Part shown: positions 58,886 through 64,000 of the stretch, piece by piece
Layout of the letters: each line of letters starts with the position of its first letter
Numbering within the stretch: the first letter of the stretch is position 1
Source of the DNA: Mobula birostris
Lineage: Eukaryota
Assembly (NCBI RefSeq): GCF_030028105.1
Contig: NC_092380.1
Coordinates: 4,025,212 to 4,089,211, forward strand
Length of the DNA: 64,000 nt
Direction of reading: 5' to 3'
Program-made: the position numbers and the translations under genes
The notes under the pieces: model-generated
The model's input: the letters and a program-made list of their open reading frames with translations, nothing else
What the model was told of the DNA's origin: nothing
Databases searched by the model: none

Positions 58886-60619
58886 ATAGGCACATAGATG
58901 ATAGGAAAATGGAGGGTTATGTGTGAGGGAAGGGTTAGGTTGATGTCAGAGTGGGTTAAAAGGTCAGCACAACATCATGGGCCGAAGGGCCTGTATTATG
59001 CTGTAATGTTCACGTTCAAAGTTCAAAGTTCATTTATTAGCGAAGTATGTATACAGTTTACAACCCTGAGATTCGTCTCCTAACAGCCAGCCACAAAACA
59101 AAGAAACCCAAAAGATCTCTGAAAAAAAAGATCGTCAAACACCGGATGTGCAGAGAAATAAAAACAAATCACGCAAGCAAATAGCGTTCTGAACTGAAGT
59201 CCACAAAGAGTCCGTCTCCAGACCCTCAGATCAACGCAGAGCGGAGCAGTGAGCTGAACTGGTGTGATCCCCCCACCCCGACACCCTGACCTTTTCAATC
59301 GGGCCCATGCCTAAATCCTCGTACAAACATCGGAATCAGTCTCTCCGATACGCTCTGAGGCCTGGGCACTGCCGCCTCGGTTCAGCTAAATGGTATCCGA
59401 GCTTCCGGTTCATCGGTGATGGGCCCACTGCCTCACCTCGCCTTGGCTCTGCAGCATTGAATTGTCCCCAGGTTCAGTTACAGACTATTGCTTGCGATGA
59501 TCATTTGCCAGAAAAAGAGACTTTAATAAAGTATTTAGTTGTTTTCCTTGTTTCTTCGGCCGCTGGCCAGAAGTCTCCGAGACTCACCATCGCCATTTTA
59601 AACTGTTTTATGCATTATGATTCTGACTCTGACCATCAACCACCCATTTAGACTGACTCTAACTTAATCCCATTTTGCCTGCCCTTCAGGTATTAAGACC
59701 ATAAGATAAAGGGGCAGAATTAGGCTATTCAGCCCTTTGAGTCTGTTCTATCATTCCATTATGGCTGATTTACTATCCATCTCAACCCCATTCTCCTGGC
59801 TTCTCCCTGTAATCTTTCACGCCCTGACTAATCAAGAACCTACCAACCTCTGCTTTAAATATACCCAATGACTTGGCCTCCACAGCCGTCTGTGGCAAAG
59901 GTTTCCACAGATTCACCACCCTCTAGCTAAAGAAATTCCTCCTCATCTCTGTTCTAAAGGGACTCCCTTGCATTCTGGTGTGAGGATTGGTGAGACGATG
60001 GGACGGGAGGTTGGGGGGTGGGGGGAGCGGCTGTTCTTGTGCCTTGTGTAGACTGGGACCTGTGTGAGGGATTCTGGCTGGAACAGGCTGCCAGGGATAT
60101 TTTCTGCCCTGGCCCCATCTCTGGCTGGAGATTACAGAAGTATTAAACCCCTTTTGCTGCGAAGAGGAGGCGCCACTCTGAAGGAAGTTGGCCTGCCATG
60201 GCAACAGCGCTCCTGCGGGTCCCGGCTCGTTAACCGTTTCACCGCCAGCACTGCGACCACAGCTCACCAGTATGCGGTGAGCATGCTGGGAGGCCCAGCC
60301 GGGCGTTCAAAGCTGCTGCTCAAGACTTACTGCCACAGGAAATGTCACTGAGCTGGGAGGAGGGCGGTCTGCTGCTGCCTACCTCCACCCCCACCATATC
60401 CACTGCAGTCTTTCATGTTCCAACCCAAACCTCCCATTCCACAGTCAGTCAGACACAGCCAGGTTTGTTGTCACTAACACATGTCATGAAATCTGATGTT
60501 CGCAGCAGCAGTGCACTGCAATACGTAAAATATGCTGTGAAATATTCATGGTTTTATTATAATTTATACATATAAACATCTATATACATACATATTTTTG
60601 CACTAATTATTCGATTTAT

Positions 60620-60868
60620 CGCGCTACAGCACGGAACAGGCCCTTCCGCCTCTTCAAGCCGTGCCGCCCAGCAACCCCGATTCAACCCTAGCCCTAGTCA
60701 CGGGACAATTTACAATGACCGATTAACCTCCCGACCGGTACGTCTTTGGACTGTGGGAGGAAGCCGACACGTTCCGCGGGGAGAGCATGCAATCTCCTTG
60801 CAGGCGGCGGTGGCGGGAATCGCCTGCACTGTAAGGCGTTGCGCTAACCGTTATCCTACCGTGCCGCC
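60620..60868 (-). mobile_element. HE1/V-SINE-like SINE
   Basis: Reverse complement of the 3972-4250 family. Further copies at about 17680-18110 (-), 26244-26460 (+) and 46034-46150 (+). Confidence 0.65.
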
Positions 60869-61264
60869 CCAAAGCAGCCCAGAAAAGGGAGCAAAGAAAT
60901 TGGGAGGTAGGGTTCATGGGGCCGCTGTCCATTTAAAATCCAATGGCGGAAGAGACTGTTCCTAAAACATTGAGTGTGTGGCTTCAGGCTCCTGTACCTC
61001 CTCCCTCATAAGACCAGGATATAGAAGGCCATTCAACCCACTGAACCTGCTGTACCATTCCATCATGGCTGATTTATTATCCCTCTCAACCCCATTCTCC
61101 TGCCTTCTCCCGTAATCTTTGGTGCCCTGACTAATCATGAACCTATCAAACTCTGCTTTAATTATATGCAGTGACTTGGCCTCCACAGCCTCTTGTGGCA
61201 ATGAACTCCACAGATTCACTCAGCAGCCTCTGGCTGAAGAAATTCCTTCTCATCCCCGTTCTAA

Positions 61265-61755
61265 CTACATCTCAGTGTGGTATGGTAATTGTCCCGTATC
61301 AGACCGCAAAGCACTCCAGTGGGTGGTGAGAACTGCCCAGCGGATTATCGGTACCCAGTTGCCCACCATTGAGAACATCTACCATAAACGCTGCCTGGGC
61401 AGGGCAAAAAGCATTATCAAGGATGCATCTCACCCTAACCATGGACTTTTTACTCTCCTCCCATCCGGTAGGCACTACAGAAGCCTCCGCTCCCGCACCA
61501 GCAGGCACAGGAAGAGCTTCTTCCGTGAGGCTGTGACCCTGCTGAACCTCACATCACAGCGCCAAGCAGTATTGCACCCATATTGTAATGTCTCAGTACT
61601 TTTATATTTGTGTGCTGTAGCACTTACTTTTTAACCACAGTTATTTTGTAAATAATACTATTCTTTTGCACTTCTGATCAGATGCTAATTGCATTTCATT
61701 GGATTTGTTTCTGTACTCGGCACAATGACAATAAAGTTGAATCTCATCTAATCTA
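61265..61755 (+). mobile_element. Rex1/Babar-type LINE 3' fragment inserted into a CR1 3' end
   Basis: ISVWYGNCPVSDRKALQWVVRTAQRIIG...HPNHGLFTLLPSGRHYRS; AATAAAGTTGAATCT(AATCT)n tail. Confidence 0.8.
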
Positions 61756-61769
61756 ATGTAAATAAAACG

Positions 61770-64000
61770 TGGCTATTCTGACACTATGTCCTCTAGTCCT
61801 GGACTCGTCTACTATAGTAAACATCCTCTCCACATCCACCCCATCTCGGCCTCTCAATATTCAATAGGTTGCAATGAGATCCCCCCTGCCCCCTTATTCT
61901 TCTAAACTCCATCGAGTACAGACCCAGAACCATCAAACGCTCCTCATACATTAACCCTTTCATTTCCAGAATCATTCTCATGAACATCCTCTGGACTCTC
62001 TCCAATGCTAGCACATTTTTCTTAGGTCAGGGGCCCAAAACTGCTCACGATACTCTAAGTGCTGCCTGAACAGTGCTTTATAAAGCCTCAGCATCACATC
62101 CTTGCTCTTGTATTCTAATCCTCCTGAAAAGAATGCTAACATTGCATTTGCCTTCCTAACTCAACCTGCAAGTTCACCTTTAGGGAATCCACCTCTGAAT
62201 TTGAATTTTCTCCTCACTTAGAAAATAGGCTACACCTTGATTCCTTCTACCAAAGTGCATGACCACACACTTCCCGATATAGTATTCCATCTGCCACTTC
62301 TTTCCCATTTTCCCAATCTATCCAAGTCCTTCTGCAGACTCCCTGCTTCCTCAACACTACATGCCCCTCTGCCTATCTTTGTATCATCTGCAAACTTGGC
62401 CACAAAGCCATCACTTCCATCATCCAAGTCACTGGTACATAACGTGAAAAGAAGTGGGTCCCAATACTGACCCCCTGCAGAGCACCACTAGTCACCGGCA
62501 GCCAAACAGATTGGCCTTCTGCCAATCAGCCAATCTTCTAACCATATTCAAATCCCTCCTGTATCTTACCATGGGTGCTTATCTAGTTAAACATCCTTAC
62601 GTGAAGCACCTAGTCAAAGGACTTCTGAAAGTCCAAGTACATAACATCCACCAATTCTCCTTTGTCTGTCTGCCTTTTACTTCCCCAAAGAATTCCAGCA
62701 GATTTATCAGGCAAGGAAACTTTAAAGAAACCATGCTGACTTTGGCCTACTTTATCATCTGCATCCAAGTGCTCCAAAAACTCATCTTTAATAACGGACT
62801 CCAACATCTTCCCAACCACTGAAGTCAGGCTAACAGGCCTATAGTTTTCTTTCTTCTGCCTCCCTACCTTTTTAAAGAGTGGAGTGACATTTGCGATTTT
62901 CCAGTTCTCTGGAAGCATTCCAGAATCTTGGGATTCTTGAAAGATCAAGAAATGTCTCCACAATCTCTTCAGCCACCTCCTTCAGAACTCTGGTGTGTAG
63001 TCCATCTGATCCAGGTGACTTACATACAGTACCTTTTCAGCTTCCCAAGCACCTCTGTAATTCCCTTTACTCCACCAAAATATCGATACACCTGACTTTA
63101 CCTTCTCCCTCTCAAAATGCAGGGCAAATTCTATCATTTCATGATCACTGTCTCCTCAGAGTTACTTTACCTTAAGCTCCCTAATCAGACCTGGTTCATT
63201 ACACAACACCAAATCCAGAATCGTGTTTCCCCTAGTGGGCTCAACCACAAGCTGTTCTAAAAAGCCATCCAAATTCTTTCTCTTGGGATCCAGCGCCAAC
63301 CTAATTTTCTCAATCTACCTGCATATTGAAATCCCCCATGATTATTAGAACTTTGCCCTTTTCACATGCCTTTTCTATTTCCCATTTTAATTTGTTGCCC
63401 ACATTCTGGCTGATGTTGGAGGCCTGTATATCACTCCCATCAGAGTCTTTTTACCCTTACAGTTTCTTAACTCTACAAGGATTGGGCATTTTCTGATCCT
63501 ATGTCACCTCTTTCTAAAGATATAATTTCTTTTTTTTTTTGACCAATAGAACTACCCCACCCTCTTTGCCTACCTATATGTCCTTTCAATACAATGTGTA
63601 TCCTTGGATATTAAGCTCCAAATTATGATCTTCTTCCAGCCACAACTCGGAGATGCCCACAATTTCATACCTGCCAATCTCTAAATGCGCTACAAGATCA
63701 TCTACCTTATTCCGTATACTGCGTGCATTCAAATATAACACCTTCAGTCCTGTATTCATCACTCTTTTTGATTTTTTTTCCATTACACTTCAACTCATCC
63801 CACTGACGGCAATTTTGCCCGATCATCTGCCTGTCCTTCCTCACAGTCTCACTACACACTGCATTGACTTGTATACCAACTGTCCCATCCTGCACCCTAT
63901 CACTCCAGTACCCATCCCCTGCCAAATTAGTTTAAACCCTCCCCAACCATCTAGCAAACCTGCCCGCAAGGATATTGGACCCCCTCGGGTTCAGTTGTAG
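61770..64000 (-). mobile_element. Degraded CR1 LINE (endonuclease to RT), continues beyond the window
   Basis: LKVLYLNARSIRNKVDDL...IVGISELWL (APE endonuclease); WKIANVTPLFKK...YRPVSLTSVVGK; KFADDTKIG. Its 3' end lies at about 61010-61263. Confidence 0.85.

Overview
Vertebrate genomic DNA. The repeat content (HE1/V-SINE-like SINEs, abundant CR1, Rex1/Babar, RTE and Penelope-like elements) points to a cartilaginous fish, probably a ray; that assignment is inference. Two complete genes could be assembled by hand. (1) A 10-exon type I protein arginine methyltransferase, PRMT1-like (+ strand, CDS join 6496-31903, 351 aa, all GT-AG introns with consistent phases, about 3 kb TE-free 3' UTR). (2) The 2-exon, 67-aa RNA polymerase subunit POLR2L/RPB10 (- strand, 46809-46715 + 38798-38690), convergent with PRMT1 and absent from the supplied ORF track. 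Most of the rest is nested transposon debris: a full-length IR/DR Tc1 element, a young 5'-truncated CR1 inside an old near-full-length CR1, an RTE, MITEs and SINEs. The most interesting non-annotated signal is a family of short Penelope-like termini carrying a minimal type I hammerhead ribozyme motif. Two copies have intact cores, one of them sense within the POLR2L intron, and one insertion has an inverted segment ending at the predicted self-cleavage site. Other points: a PRMT1/PRMT8-intermediate protein next to POLR2L, a recursive-splice-type junction at PRMT1 exon 2, a tandemly multiplied NRF1/E-box promoter module at POLR2L, a 42-bp minisatellite born from CR1 ORF2, and a locally templated copy of an X-box-containing segment. 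No searches were run; family names rest on recalled motifs.
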